NCBI GenBank assembly: GCA_007132385.1
Contig: SLOU01000023.1
Coordinates: 1 to 55,145, forward strand
DNA from: Balneolaceae bacterium
Lineage (GTDB): Bacteria; Bacteroidota; Rhodothermia; Balneolales; Balneolaceae
DNA length: 55,145 nucleotides
Direction of reading: 5' to 3'
The notes under the pieces were generated by a model, which was not told the DNA's origin, made no database searches, and saw only the letters and a list, made by a program, of their open reading frames with translations. Below, in pieces: positions 46,902 through 55,145 of the stretch. The position numbers and the translations under genes are program-made. How positions within the stretch are numbered: position 1 is the first letter of the stretch; every line of letters begins with the position of its first letter.

Positions 46902-48656
46902 TTACGATTCCAGCCATTTACGGAATTTTTTGGCCGAAAGTGTATTCAGAACACGCTCTTTCCCGAATTTAGCCTTGCGTGCGATCATGACACCATAGCG
47001 GATATCATCAATTCCGTCGATTGAATGGGCATCGGGATTGATTGAGGTTAACAGTTTTTTTTCCAATGCCAGATTACCGTGGCGCCAGTCCATGTCAAGC
47101 CGCCAGGGATTAGCATTGATCTCGATAGCCGTATTATGCTGCGCCGCCCAGTCGATCAGTTTGTTCATATCGAGCTTGCTTCCATCACGCCGGAGAAGCA
47201 GCCGTCCCGTAGGGTGACCTATCATTTGAACGGCGGGGTGTTCAATCGCCTTCATGAACCGCTCTGTCATCTGCTCCTGAGGCATTTCGAGACCCGAATG
47301 AACACTGGCAATCACAAAATCAAAACCATCCAGAATTTCATCCGGGTAATCCAGCGAACCGTCGCTCAGAATGTCCGATTCAATTCCTTTGAAAACCACA
47401 AAATCAGCCCCCTCTTCTATTAGCTTTTCATTGAGTTGGTCGATCTCTTCCCACTGTTTTTGTACTTCATCGATCGATAGTCCGCCGGCATAGGCAGCCG
47501 TCCTGGAGTGATCGGAAATCCCCAGGTATTCGTATCCTTTTTCCATGCAGGCACGTGCCATTTTCTCGATCGTATACTTGCCGTCGCTCCAGGTACTGTG
47601 CGCATGGACTACCCCGCAAACATCATTCAATTCTATCAGCGGAAATGTCTCATTTTCTTCGAAAAAGTCGAATTCGCCCCGATCTTCACGCAGTTCCGGC
47701 GGAATAAAATGAAGATCGAGCCTGCGGTAAATATCCTCTTCCGATGCAAAATCCACCGGCTGATCGAAATCGGTCTCCCCTTCCCCGGTTAACCCGAATA
47801 AACCATATTCATTGAGAGACATATTCCGTGATCTGGCCCGCTGACGCATCACCACGTTGTGCTCCTTACTGCCTGTAAAATATATCAAAGCCGCAGGATA
47901 CTCTTTTTCCGAGACGATCCGCAAATCAACCTGCCGGCCTTCACCGGTCCGGATCGAACTTTTCGTATCCCCCCGGCCGAGCACATCGACCACCAGGTCG
48001 TGATTCACAAACGCATCAAATATCTTCTCCGCATCATCTGGTTCAGCCGCAACGAGAATATCGATATCACCGATCGTCTCCTTGCTTCTACGCAATGATC
48101 CGGCAACTTCTATCTGTTTCACTCCAGGCTGTTGATTTAAAAAATCTTTCATCGGTTGTGCTATGGAGGCCGCCTCACTGAGCAGGCACCGCTCGCCGAA
48201 CTGTTGGAGCCACTCAATCGATTTGACAATTTTCCCGGCCGATTTTTTCCCCAGTCCCGGTAATTTAGCTACCCGCCCATCCTCACAGGCCTTCTTCAGC
48301 TCATCAACCTCGGTGATACCCAGTTCCTTATGAATCTTGAGAATATTTTTCGGGCCAAGACCCGAAATATTCAGCCATTTGACGAGTCCGGCCGGTACTT
48401 TTTCTTTCAGGTGCTCAAGAACTGGCATCGACCCGGTTTCTTCAAACGTATAGATATCTTCGGCGATCGATTTTCCCACCCCTTTCAGGTCGGTCAGGTT
48501 TTTATTTTCGATATATTGCTGAACAGGATCGCTCAGGCTTTCAATCGTTTGTGCTGCACGATCAAATGCAATCGCCCTGAAACGATTCTCCCCTGCAAGT
48601 TGCATCAGATTGTAAACTTCACGCAGTTTATCAGCAATTTCCTCGTTAGTGGCCAT
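46902..48656 (-). CDS. polX: DNA polymerase/3'-5' exonuclease PolX (Pol beta-like plus PHP domain)
   Basis: 584 aa with HhH motifs (LKGVGKSIAEDI, LPGLGKKSAGKI), the nucleotidyltransferase motif GSLRRSKETIGDIDILV, and the PHP motif VVHAHSTWSDG. Confidence 0.9.
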   Translation of the reverse strand: MATNEEIADKLREVYNLMQLAGENRFRAIAFDRAAQTIESLSDPVQQYIENKNLTDLKGVGKSIAEDIYTFEETGSMPVLEHLKEKVPAGLVKWLNISGLGPKNILKIHKELGITEVDELKKACEDGRVAKLPGLGKKSAGKIVKSIEWLQQFGERCLLSEAASIAQPMKDFLNQQPGVKQIEVAGSLRRSKETIGDIDILVAAEPDDAEKIFDAFVNHDLVVDVLGRGDTKSSIRTGEGRQVDLRIVSEKEYPAALIYFTGSKEHNVVMRQRARSRNMSLNEYGLFGLTGEGETDFDQPVDFASEEDIYRRLDLHFIPPELREDRGEFDFFEENETFPLIELNDVCGVVHAHSTWSDGKYTIEKMARACMEKGYEYLGISDHSRTAAYAGGLSIDEVQKQWEEIDQLNEKLIEEGADFVVFKGIESDILSDGSLDYPDEILDGFDFVIASVHSGLEMPQEQMTERFMKAIEHPAVQMIGHPTGRLLLRRDGSKLDMNKLIDWAAQHNTAIEINANPWRLDMDWRHGNLALEKKLLTSINPDAHSIDGIDDIRYGVMIARKAKFGKERVLNTLSAKKFRKWLES

Positions 48657-48965
48657 AATTCAGTATACCTTGGTTAGCCCGGTTAGAAAGTTTGAAATTC
48701 AGGCGACAACACAGAACATTAACCTCAACCGCAGACATTTTTTTAATTCATTACTGCCATGAAAATATCGGTTTTTAAACAGGCAGCCTAATGGTTTTGC
48801 CGGCTACAAATTTTTTCATGAATTTTTCCACAATGGCTCCGGTTATATTTTAAATATCGAAATCAGGTATTGAATTCAAAGATTCAACGTATTATTTGAT
48901 CTCTTTCAAAGATCCTCCTTACATTAGGAGCTTTCATTTTACCACCGGCCTAAATTTTCTTGACG

Positions 48966-51503
48966 ATGAACAAGATACTCTCCCTCTTTTTGCTCTCTTT
49001 TTTTATTATATCGTCTTCTATAACACTTCAGGCTCAGCAGTCTGTTCAGCCACCGGCTGAATTTTTGGGGTATGAGCTTGGGGACCACTATACACCTCAT
49101 CACCGTGTTTTATCATACGTAAAGCATGTAGCTGAGCAATCAGACAGAGTAGCGCTGCATCATTATGGCACCACATATGAGCGAAGAGAATTGGTCTACC
49201 TGGTGGTTACTACTCCGCAAAATCTCAGCAATATCGATGAAATCAGGAAAAATAACCTTCGCCTGACAGGCCTGATGGACGGTGACCCGACCGATGTTCA
49301 AAAAGCGATTGTCTGGCTGAGTTACAATATTCACGGCAATGAAACCTCGAGCTCTGAAGCAGCCATGAGAACACTTTTTGAACTGGCGGATCCTGCCAAC
49401 ATGCGTACCGGCCGCTGGCTTGATAATACCGTTGTGATCATCGACCCGATGCTTAATCCCGACGGACGCGACCGCTATGTGAACTGGTACAACCAGATGG
49501 AAGGTACCGGATTTAACCCGCTCATCGACGCTCGCGAACACCATGAACCCTGGCCCGGCGGGCGGCCCAATCATTATTATTTTGACCTGAACCGCGACTG
49601 GGCCTGGCAAATTCAAAAAGAATCCCGGTACCGGGCAAAAATTTACAACGAATGGATGCCACATGTTCATGCTGACTATCACGAACAAAGCTATACGGCT
49701 CCTCATTACTTTGCCCCGGCAGCCGAACCGTTTCACACTGCTATCACCGATTGGCAGCGCGAATTCCAGACCACAATCGGGCTTAACCATACCAATTACT
49801 TTGATGAAGAAGGCTGGCTCTACTTTACACGGGAACGGTTTGATCTGTTTTACCCCAGCTATGGCGATACCTGGCCTACGTTTCAGGGGGCAATCGGAAT
49901 GACTTACGAGCAAGCCGGACACGGACTCGCCGGACGGGGAATAACCATCCCGGAAGGCGATACGCTGACGCTGCGAGACCGCCTTATCCGCCACCATACC
50001 ACTGGTCTTTCCACCGTGGAAGTCACATCACAGCATGCCAGAAGGGTCATCAGCGAGTTTAGTTCCCATTTTCACCATTCGATGAATAATCCCGAAGGTG
50101 AATACAAAACATACGTAGTGAAAGCCGGTAACCACCCAGACAACATCCACGCACTTTTGGCCTACCTGGATGATCAGCATATCCGTTACGGCCGCGCCGG
50201 ATCAAGCCGGAATATTGACGGTTACAACTTCCAGACCGGTGAAAGCAGCCGCATAAGTGTTGAAAATGATGATATTCTTATAAGTGCATACCAGCCCAAA
50301 TCACAATTGGTTCGTGTTCTTTTTGAACCCAAACCGGAACTGACAGACTCCCTGACATACGATATCACCGCCTGGGAAGCCCATTACCGTTTCGGACTTG
50401 ACGGTTATGCCTTGACGTCCAGAATGGAGCCGGAGATTGAGATATCGGCCGATGAATTTCGCACATTCGAAGAAACCGCAGAGCCGGAGATGCTTTATGC
50501 CTACATCGTACGGTGGAACTCGATGGACGATGCCCGGTTTCTGGCAGATATACTCAATGAAGGCGTACAGGCCAGGTTCACTACGGTATCCTTTACGAAG
50601 GATGGACAAGAGTATCACAAAGGGTCTCTGATTATAACCCGGGCCGGAAATACGAATCTGGATGATTTTGACCGGATTGTCGCCGAAAAAGCAAGTAAAC
50701 ATGCCCGTCACCTGCATAGGGCTGAGACAGGATTTGTGGCAACCGGATCCGATTTCGGTTCAGCCAATGTCCGGATCATCGATACGCCGGAGGTGATGAT
50801 GCTGATGGGTGAAGGAACATCATCTACCTCAGCAGGTGAAATCTGGCATTTTTTCGACCGGCAACTGGAATATCCCCTGACTATCGTCAACACCGATCGA
50901 TTTCAACAAGTGGATTTGAGTCAGTTTGACGTAATTGTCTTGCCATCGGGCAACTATAGCGGGGTATTGAGCAGCAACTCGGCCGACAAACTGAAAGATT
51001 GGATCCGGGCCGGCGGCAGACTGATCGCCATCGGGGACGCCAATGGGGTTTTGGCCGGAATTGACGGCTTTCATCTTTCTTCAAAAAGCGAGACAGAAGA
51101 AGATATCACGGCTGATCCGGAAGAGCTGTTGAAAACGTTTGGCGACCGGGAAAGAGAAGCGGTAACCACTGCCAACCGGGGTTCGATCTATCGCATTACC
51201 CTCGATACCACACACCCGCTGGCATTCGGGTATGAAGAAAATTATTTCTCTCTGAAAGGTGATGCCTCAGCATACTCGTACCTGGAAGACGGTTGGAACG
51301 TGGGAGTAGCCAAACCGGGGGCCCATATGAGCGGTTTTGTCGGCCACGAGGCCAAATCAAACCTGGAACATTCCCTCACATTCGGTGTTCAGCAAATGGG
51401 GAGCGGCTCGGTCGTTTATATGGTCGATAATCCCCTGTTCCGCGGTTTCTGGGAGAACGGGAAAATGCTGTTTGTGAATGGGGTGTTTTTCAAGGATTTA
51501 TAG
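48966..51503 (+). CDS. Secreted M14-family zinc carboxypeptidase-like protein
   Basis: Signal peptide (LSLFLLSFFIISSSITLQAQQ), Zn motif NIHGNETSS, and DPMLNPDGRD. I prefer the ATG at 48966 over the TTG at 48960 used by the ORF track. Confidence 0.82.
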   Translation: MNKILSLFLLSFFIISSSITLQAQQSVQPPAEFLGYELGDHYTPHHRVLSYVKHVAEQSDRVALHHYGTTYERRELVYLVVTTPQNLSNIDEIRKNNLRLTGLMDGDPTDVQKAIVWLSYNIHGNETSSSEAAMRTLFELADPANMRTGRWLDNTVVIIDPMLNPDGRDRYVNWYNQMEGTGFNPLIDAREHHEPWPGGRPNHYYFDLNRDWAWQIQKESRYRAKIYNEWMPHVHADYHEQSYTAPHYFAPAAEPFHTAITDWQREFQTTIGLNHTNYFDEEGWLYFTRERFDLFYPSYGDTWPTFQGAIGMTYEQAGHGLAGRGITIPEGDTLTLRDRLIRHHTTGLSTVEVTSQHARRVISEFSSHFHHSMNNPEGEYKTYVVKAGNHPDNIHALLAYLDDQHIRYGRAGSSRNIDGYNFQTGESSRISVENDDILISAYQPKSQLVRVLFEPKPELTDSLTYDITAWEAHYRFGLDGYALTSRMEPEIEISADEFRTFEETAEPEMLYAYIVRWNSMDDARFLADILNEGVQARFTTVSFTKDGQEYHKGSLIITRAGNTNLDDFDRIVAEKASKHARHLHRAETGFVATGSDFGSANVRIIDTPEVMMLMGEGTSSTSAGEIWHFFDRQLEYPLTIVNTDRFQQVDLSQFDVIVLPSGNYSGVLSSNSADKLKDWIRAGGRLIAIGDANGVLAGIDGFHLSSKSETEEDITADPEELLKTFGDREREAVTTANRGSIYRITLDTTHPLAFGYEENYFSLKGDASAYSYLEDGWNVGVAKPGAHMSGFVGHEAKSNLEHSLTFGVQQMGSGSVVYMVDNPLFRGFWENGKMLFVNGVFFKDL

Positions 51504-51639
51504 TGAGGGTTCCATTTAACCTGCTGAGTTGTGATACTGATGAATCATGAGTATTTGTGATTCCTGGTTTGGCTTGACCGTTATCATTGAGTGTATTATT
51601 GAGTTATTGAGTTTTCAACTTTGAACTATATGTTAAATC

Positions 51640-52020
51640 ATGCCTGAAATTCTGATTATCGCGACGGGAGGTGCCGTGGGGGCTTCGCTGAGATATCTGA
51701 CGGGCCTGGGCGTATTCAAAGTTGCAGGCACGTCAAAGGTATACACCGCAACGGTTGTGGTCAATATACTTGGATGTTTTACGGCAGGACTGATCCTCGC
51801 ATGGATCGATCTGTTCGATCCCGGACTGCCTCAAACCATCTTGTTTCTTACCACCGGGATTCTCGGCTCCTATACGACATTCTCCACATTCGCCCTCGAA
51901 GCATTGGAGTTGATGAAGTTTTCCTTAAAGAAAACGGCCCAATATTTGTTCTTGCAGGTGATCGTAGCGGTGAGTTCAGTGGGTGTTGGATATGGTTTAG
52001 TTTACGTGATCTCCGTCTAA
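51640..52020 (+). CDS. crcB: Fluoride channel CrcB/Fluc, subunit 1 (canonical motifs)
   Basis: 126 aa: GGAVGASLRY, VNILGCF, GILGSYTTFSTF. Confidence 0.88.
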   Translation: MPEILIIATGGAVGASLRYLTGLGVFKVAGTSKVYTATVVVNILGCFTAGLILAWIDLFDPGLPQTILFLTTGILGSYTTFSTFALEALELMKFSLKKTAQYLFLQVIVAVSSVGVGYGLVYVISV

Positions 52021-52055
52021 TTATAATTTAGAAAATTAATTAACCAGACCCGATT

Positions 52056-52442
52056 TTGCGGAATCTTTTTCTCGTAGCCCTCGGTGGCGCCTTTGGAGCC
52101 GTATTCAGAAACCTGACAGAACGGACCGTTTATCATCTCGCCGGGGAGCCACAACTATTTACGGCTATATTTATCGAGAATGTAGCTGGCTGTTTTCTGA
52201 TTGGAATTCTTTTTTCTATTGCAAAAAAGCATGAGTGGTTTACGGACGCAATCCGGTTGTTTATATTGGTTGGTTTTGTAGGCAGCTATACCACCTATTC
52301 CGGTTTTGGTGCAGAAGCTTTCATGCTGTTTGGAAGCTCTGTCATAGCCGGATTTTTCTACATTTTTGTTCAGATCGTGCTTGGAATAACTGCGGTTATA
52401 GCGGGAATTGCAATAAGCAATAAATTACATGTCTCAAAATAA
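52056..52442 (+). CDS. crcB: Fluoride channel CrcB/Fluc, subunit 2 (divergent pore motif)
   Basis: 128 aa with a TTG start: GGAFGAVFRN, ENVAGCF, GFVGSYTTYSGF (Phe->Tyr and Thr->Gly relative to TTFSTF). Confidence 0.8.
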   Translation: MRNLFLVALGGAFGAVFRNLTERTVYHLAGEPQLFTAIFIENVAGCFLIGILFSIAKKHEWFTDAIRLFILVGFVGSYTTYSGFGAEAFMLFGSSVIAGFFYIFVQIVLGITAVIAGIAISNKLHVSK

Positions 52443-52676
52443 TGTAGCTATCATCCGTTTCCACTTAAAAACACAGAAATAGGGGTTAGTCATACTGTGA
52501 AAACATCTTCAGACAGCATACGCATATTCATCAAAATGAATCGACCCTTGATCACCTGTTTGCGCCATAAAATTACCGGCTCGCGCCATAAAGAGGTCCA
52601 CATCAGGTGGATTCGGCATTTTCATTCCCATCTGTTATCTTCCCACACACTGACTATCCAACCTATCTAACCACCT

Positions 52677-54236
52677 ATGACTGATCAGGCCGGGTATTTT
52701 TCGAGAAAGTTAGGGGATCCCGCTACCAGGCGACGTATTTATACCGGTGCGTTGATCGCCTTTTTTATCGCCGGTGCCTTTCAGTTTTTTCATTTCCCTG
52801 AACAGGACGGGCATTTCGGTATTTGGTCGATTATGCCGCCCTTGGTAGCCATAGTTTTGGCATTCTGGACCCGGGAAGTGGTCAGTGCCCTGTTTATCGG
52901 GATCTGCCTGGGCGGGGTGATTTCAGGTAATGTCAATATTGTTGAAAGCTTTCTGATTCCTTCTATCGGGACCGAAAGTTTCGCCCTGATACTGCTGGTC
53001 TACCTGTGGGCTCTTGGTGGCCTGATCGGTATCTGGACACGCACCGGCGGGGCTGAAAAATTCGCCTCCTGGGCCAGCGACAAAATGGTGCGAGGTCCCC
53101 GGACGGCCAAGTTTTTTACCTGGATCATGGGCCTGATTTTCCACCAGGGAGGCACTATCAGCACCGTATTAACCGGGGCAACAGTGCGCCCGGTGGCCGA
53201 CAAACACAAGGTTTCGCACGAAGAACTCGCCTATATGGTCGATTCAACTGCCTCCCCTGCAGCTACTCTGATCCCGTTTAATGTGTGGCCGTTTTATGTA
53301 GGCGGACTAATCATCGGTACCCTGCCTCTTTTTGAAACCACCCAGCAGAGCGTCGCTTTTTTCTTCTCGGCAGTAGCATTCAACTTCTATGCCATTTTTG
53401 CCATTCTTATCACCTTTCTGTTTGCCTGGGAATGGCTTCCCTGGGTACCCGGTAAAAAGATGCGAGCTGCCATTCAGCGATCCAGGGAAGAGGAGTTGGT
53501 CGACCGCCCCGGGGCCACACCGATGACGGCAGATGAACTTACCGAACAGAAAGTGCCCAAAAATTACAACCCGGGCCTGATCGATTTTTTCGGGCCGATC
53601 GGCGCTTTGCTGGCCATTGCAATCATCCCTTATGTGGTTACCTACTTTATTATGGGACGCCGGGATGATCCGACCCTCTTGATTGCCGAAGCGTTCGTGC
53701 TGGCGGTATTGGTTGGCTTTGTAATTGCCATTGCCAAGGGCATGAAGCTCCAGGAAGCCATCGAAGGGTTTATCGACGGCTGCAAGGGAGTTACGATTGG
53801 CGCCATTATTCTGGCCCTCGCGGTGACACTAAAAGAGGTCGCTGAAGCTGTCGGAACAGCCGAATATGTGGTGGCGATTGTCGGAGACCTGATTCCGCCA
53901 TTCATACTGCCCGGCCTGCTGATGGTACTTTGTATGCTTATCGCGTTTTCCACCGGAACCTCCTGGGGGACCTATGCCGTAGTCTTTCCAGTAGCCGTAC
54001 CACTTGCATGGGCGATTGTTCCCGACGAGTTTTTCCTGACGCTTTGTTTTGCGGCTGTGATCGGTGGCAGCGTTTTCGGCGACCAGTGTTCCCCCATTTC
54101 CGACACCACCATCCTCTCTTCACTGGCCACAGGCTGCGACCTGATGGATCACGTCTATACCCAGTTCCCGCTGGCCATTGCGGCTGGATTACTGGCGATG
54201 ATTACATACGGGGTATTGGTAATCGCGTTCGTATAA
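52677..54236 (+). CDS. NhaC-family Na+/H+ antiporter-like transporter
   Basis: 519 aa with about 12 TM and an NhaC-like overall pattern (GGLIGIWTRTGGAEKFA, STGTSWGTYAVVFPVA, GGSVFGDQCSPISDTT). Confidence 0.7.
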   Translation: MTDQAGYFSRKLGDPATRRRIYTGALIAFFIAGAFQFFHFPEQDGHFGIWSIMPPLVAIVLAFWTREVVSALFIGICLGGVISGNVNIVESFLIPSIGTESFALILLVYLWALGGLIGIWTRTGGAEKFASWASDKMVRGPRTAKFFTWIMGLIFHQGGTISTVLTGATVRPVADKHKVSHEELAYMVDSTASPAATLIPFNVWPFYVGGLIIGTLPLFETTQQSVAFFFSAVAFNFYAIFAILITFLFAWEWLPWVPGKKMRAAIQRSREEELVDRPGATPMTADELTEQKVPKNYNPGLIDFFGPIGALLAIAIIPYVVTYFIMGRRDDPTLLIAEAFVLAVLVGFVIAIAKGMKLQEAIEGFIDGCKGVTIGAIILALAVTLKEVAEAVGTAEYVVAIVGDLIPPFILPGLLMVLCMLIAFSTGTSWGTYAVVFPVAVPLAWAIVPDEFFLTLCFAAVIGGSVFGDQCSPISDTTILSSLATGCDLMDHVYTQFPLAIAAGLLAMITYGVLVIAFV

Positions 54237-54277
54237 TTCCCGGGAAAGATGTCGTTGGCCGGGTGGAAACTTTTAAT

Positions 54278-54781
54278 TCAGACATAGGCGATCAACCTCC
54301 CGCAGGCGATAACGCTGAACCAAAGCAGAATGGAAATAACGCCTGCAATCCTTGCTGAAACCGGAGGCATTTTGTCGATGTTCCACTCTTCAATGCTTTT
54401 CAAAGTAAAACGGTGAAAAACCGCAGCATTCAAGCCGGCAAGCACGATCAATATCAATTTGAGTCTGAAAGCAGGGTTTATGGCCATACTGGAGGCTTCA
54501 ACCATAAACAAAATGAACCCGCTGGGTAAAACGGCCAGAAAGCTGATACGAGCCCAGAAGATGAGATGGGCAATAGATTCCGTAACCGGAAGCTTTCGGG
54601 CCATACCGAGAAGGCGAAGGTCAAACAGAACAGCAGAGCCCACTAAAATGGCGAACCCGATAATATGTACAATTTCCACGGCAGGATAAAGCCATATCGA
54701 CTGGCGGAAAAAAACCGCCGGGGCGCTTTGCTCAATCCAGTGGAGAATACCCTGACTGTCAGCTAAAGCCATTATCGGCAT
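54278..54781 (-). CDS. Hypothetical 4-TM membrane protein (possibly DUF6644-like)
   Basis: 167 aa: SIWLYPAVEIVHIIGFAILVGSAVLFDLRLLG. Its start codon shares 1 nt with the upstream stop (TGATG at 54779-54783, minus strand). Confidence 0.5.
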   Translation of the reverse strand: MPIMALADSQGILHWIEQSAPAVFFRQSIWLYPAVEIVHIIGFAILVGSAVLFDLRLLGMARKLPVTESIAHLIFWARISFLAVLPSGFILFMVEASSMAINPAFRLKLILIVLAGLNAAVFHRFTLKSIEEWNIDKMPPVSARIAGVISILLWFSVIACGRLIAYV

Positions 54782-55140
54782 CAGCGAAGCTCAATGGTCA
54801 CATCACCAATAATAATACGTTCTGCCCGCATTTCATCATCGATGGATCGGTGAGGGTATCCGACCACACGAACGGTATCCCCAACAGCCAGCATGGAATC
54901 ATCGGTCATGCCACGGTTCCTCATCCGGGTGACAGGAGCAAGTACAACTTCCCATTCTTTAATCTCTATGTCTTCTCTGTCTATGACTTCCAGGTCGATG
55001 TAGGTATGCGGATTACCGATATCATTGCTAAGGATAATACCTGTATAATCCAGTTCCGTATCCTGATCGTAGTTTGCCCAGCCGTGATGTAATATTGCTC
55101 CGCTTGCTGCAAAAACAACCACACACAGCAAAACACTCAA
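54781..55140 (-). CDS. Hypothetical secreted small beta-rich protein (possibly DUF6152-like); 5' end probably truncated by the window edge
   Basis: The ORF runs to within 5 nt of the window end, and the track start is a TTG inside what looks like a signal peptide (SVLLCVVVFAASGAILHHGWANYD). The family assignment is from memory only. Confidence 0.45.
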   Translation of the reverse strand: MSVLLCVVVFAASGAILHHGWANYDQDTELDYTGIILSNDIGNPHTYIDLEVIDREDIEIKEWEVVLAPVTRMRNRGMTDDSMLAVGDTVRVVGYPHRSIDDEMRAERIIIGDVTIELR

Positions 55141-55145
55141 CGACC

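Noticed and set aside
49140-49997. 285-aa ORF antisense to the M14 peptidase gene
   Set aside because: Same reasoning. It is embedded in the catalytic-domain region of a well-supported gene and shows no family signature, start context or terminator.
51504-51639. Possible fluoride (crcB-motif) riboswitch upstream of the crcB pair
   Set aside because: Short matches exist (aacctgc, ctgatga). However, I could not build the required P1 helix, and the pseudoknot partner (TGATTC, the complement of the sequence following UGAUG) is absent upstream; it occurs only downstream. A cmsearch with RF01734 would settle this, and a significant hit would overturn the rejection.
1-55145. CRISPR arrays, IS elements, prophage, and defence or toxin-antitoxin modules
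   Set aside because: I scanned the intergenic regions and the ORF list. There are no regularly spaced repeats, no transposase/integrase/recombinase-like translations, and no small paired ORFs typical of TA systems. The only repeats seen are the TonB paralogs and short local repeats or hairpins.

Overview
This is a gene-dense 55.1-kb chromosomal segment with about 47 protein-coding genes, 2 tRNAs and no rRNA. It is dominated by housekeeping genes: aspS, proS, dnaK plus an hsp20-family gene, aroA, hflX, metH and metF (divergent), serC, a Fe/Mn superoxide dismutase, sthA-like, nnr, polX, rlpA and a crcB pair. The protein repertoire includes tandem TonB-C paralogs, a BatA-N/vWA membrane protein, a 998-aa TPR protein, an ~850-aa M14 peptidase, lipoproteins with FG-GAP-like repeats, and a bacilliredoxin. 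Together with weak or absent Shine-Dalgarno sequences, this suggests an FCB-group bacterium (Bacteroidota/Balneolota/Rhodothermota-like); that is inference only. All calls come from reading the supplied translations and recognising family motifs by eye. No database search or HMM was run. I found no transposase, integrase, phage gene, CRISPR array or recognisable defence or toxin-antitoxin system, so most of the window looks like ordinary core genome. The most unusual locus is a 3.7-kb block next to tRNA-Met (11.5-15.2 kb). There a NarL/LuxR-type response regulator with a non-canonical acidic pocket and a HisKA_2 kinase bracket a hydroquinone-type ring-cleaving dioxygenase and a cupin. The kinase's only sensor domain is a LOV-like PAS that lacks the photoactive Cys. 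An unusually long ORF-free spacer in this block carries a 52-nt palindrome and a strong terminator. Other points worth a second look:
- Tandem TonB paralogs share a 50-nt perfectly identical tract, and that tract coincides with the start of alternative-frame ORFs in both copies.
- The CrcB pair is asymmetric (TTFSTF versus TTYSGF), has no recognisable fluoride riboswitch, and is preceded by a triple direct repeat.
- A TetR-like gene is translationally coupled to an ABC1 kinase gene, which converges on a membrane PP2C phosphatase gene across a 5-nt gap.
- Two DUF-type genes sit in informative contexts: DUF1015 next to serC, and DUF1844 overlapping a NUDIX hydrolase gene.
None of these is demonstrated as a novel system from sequence alone.
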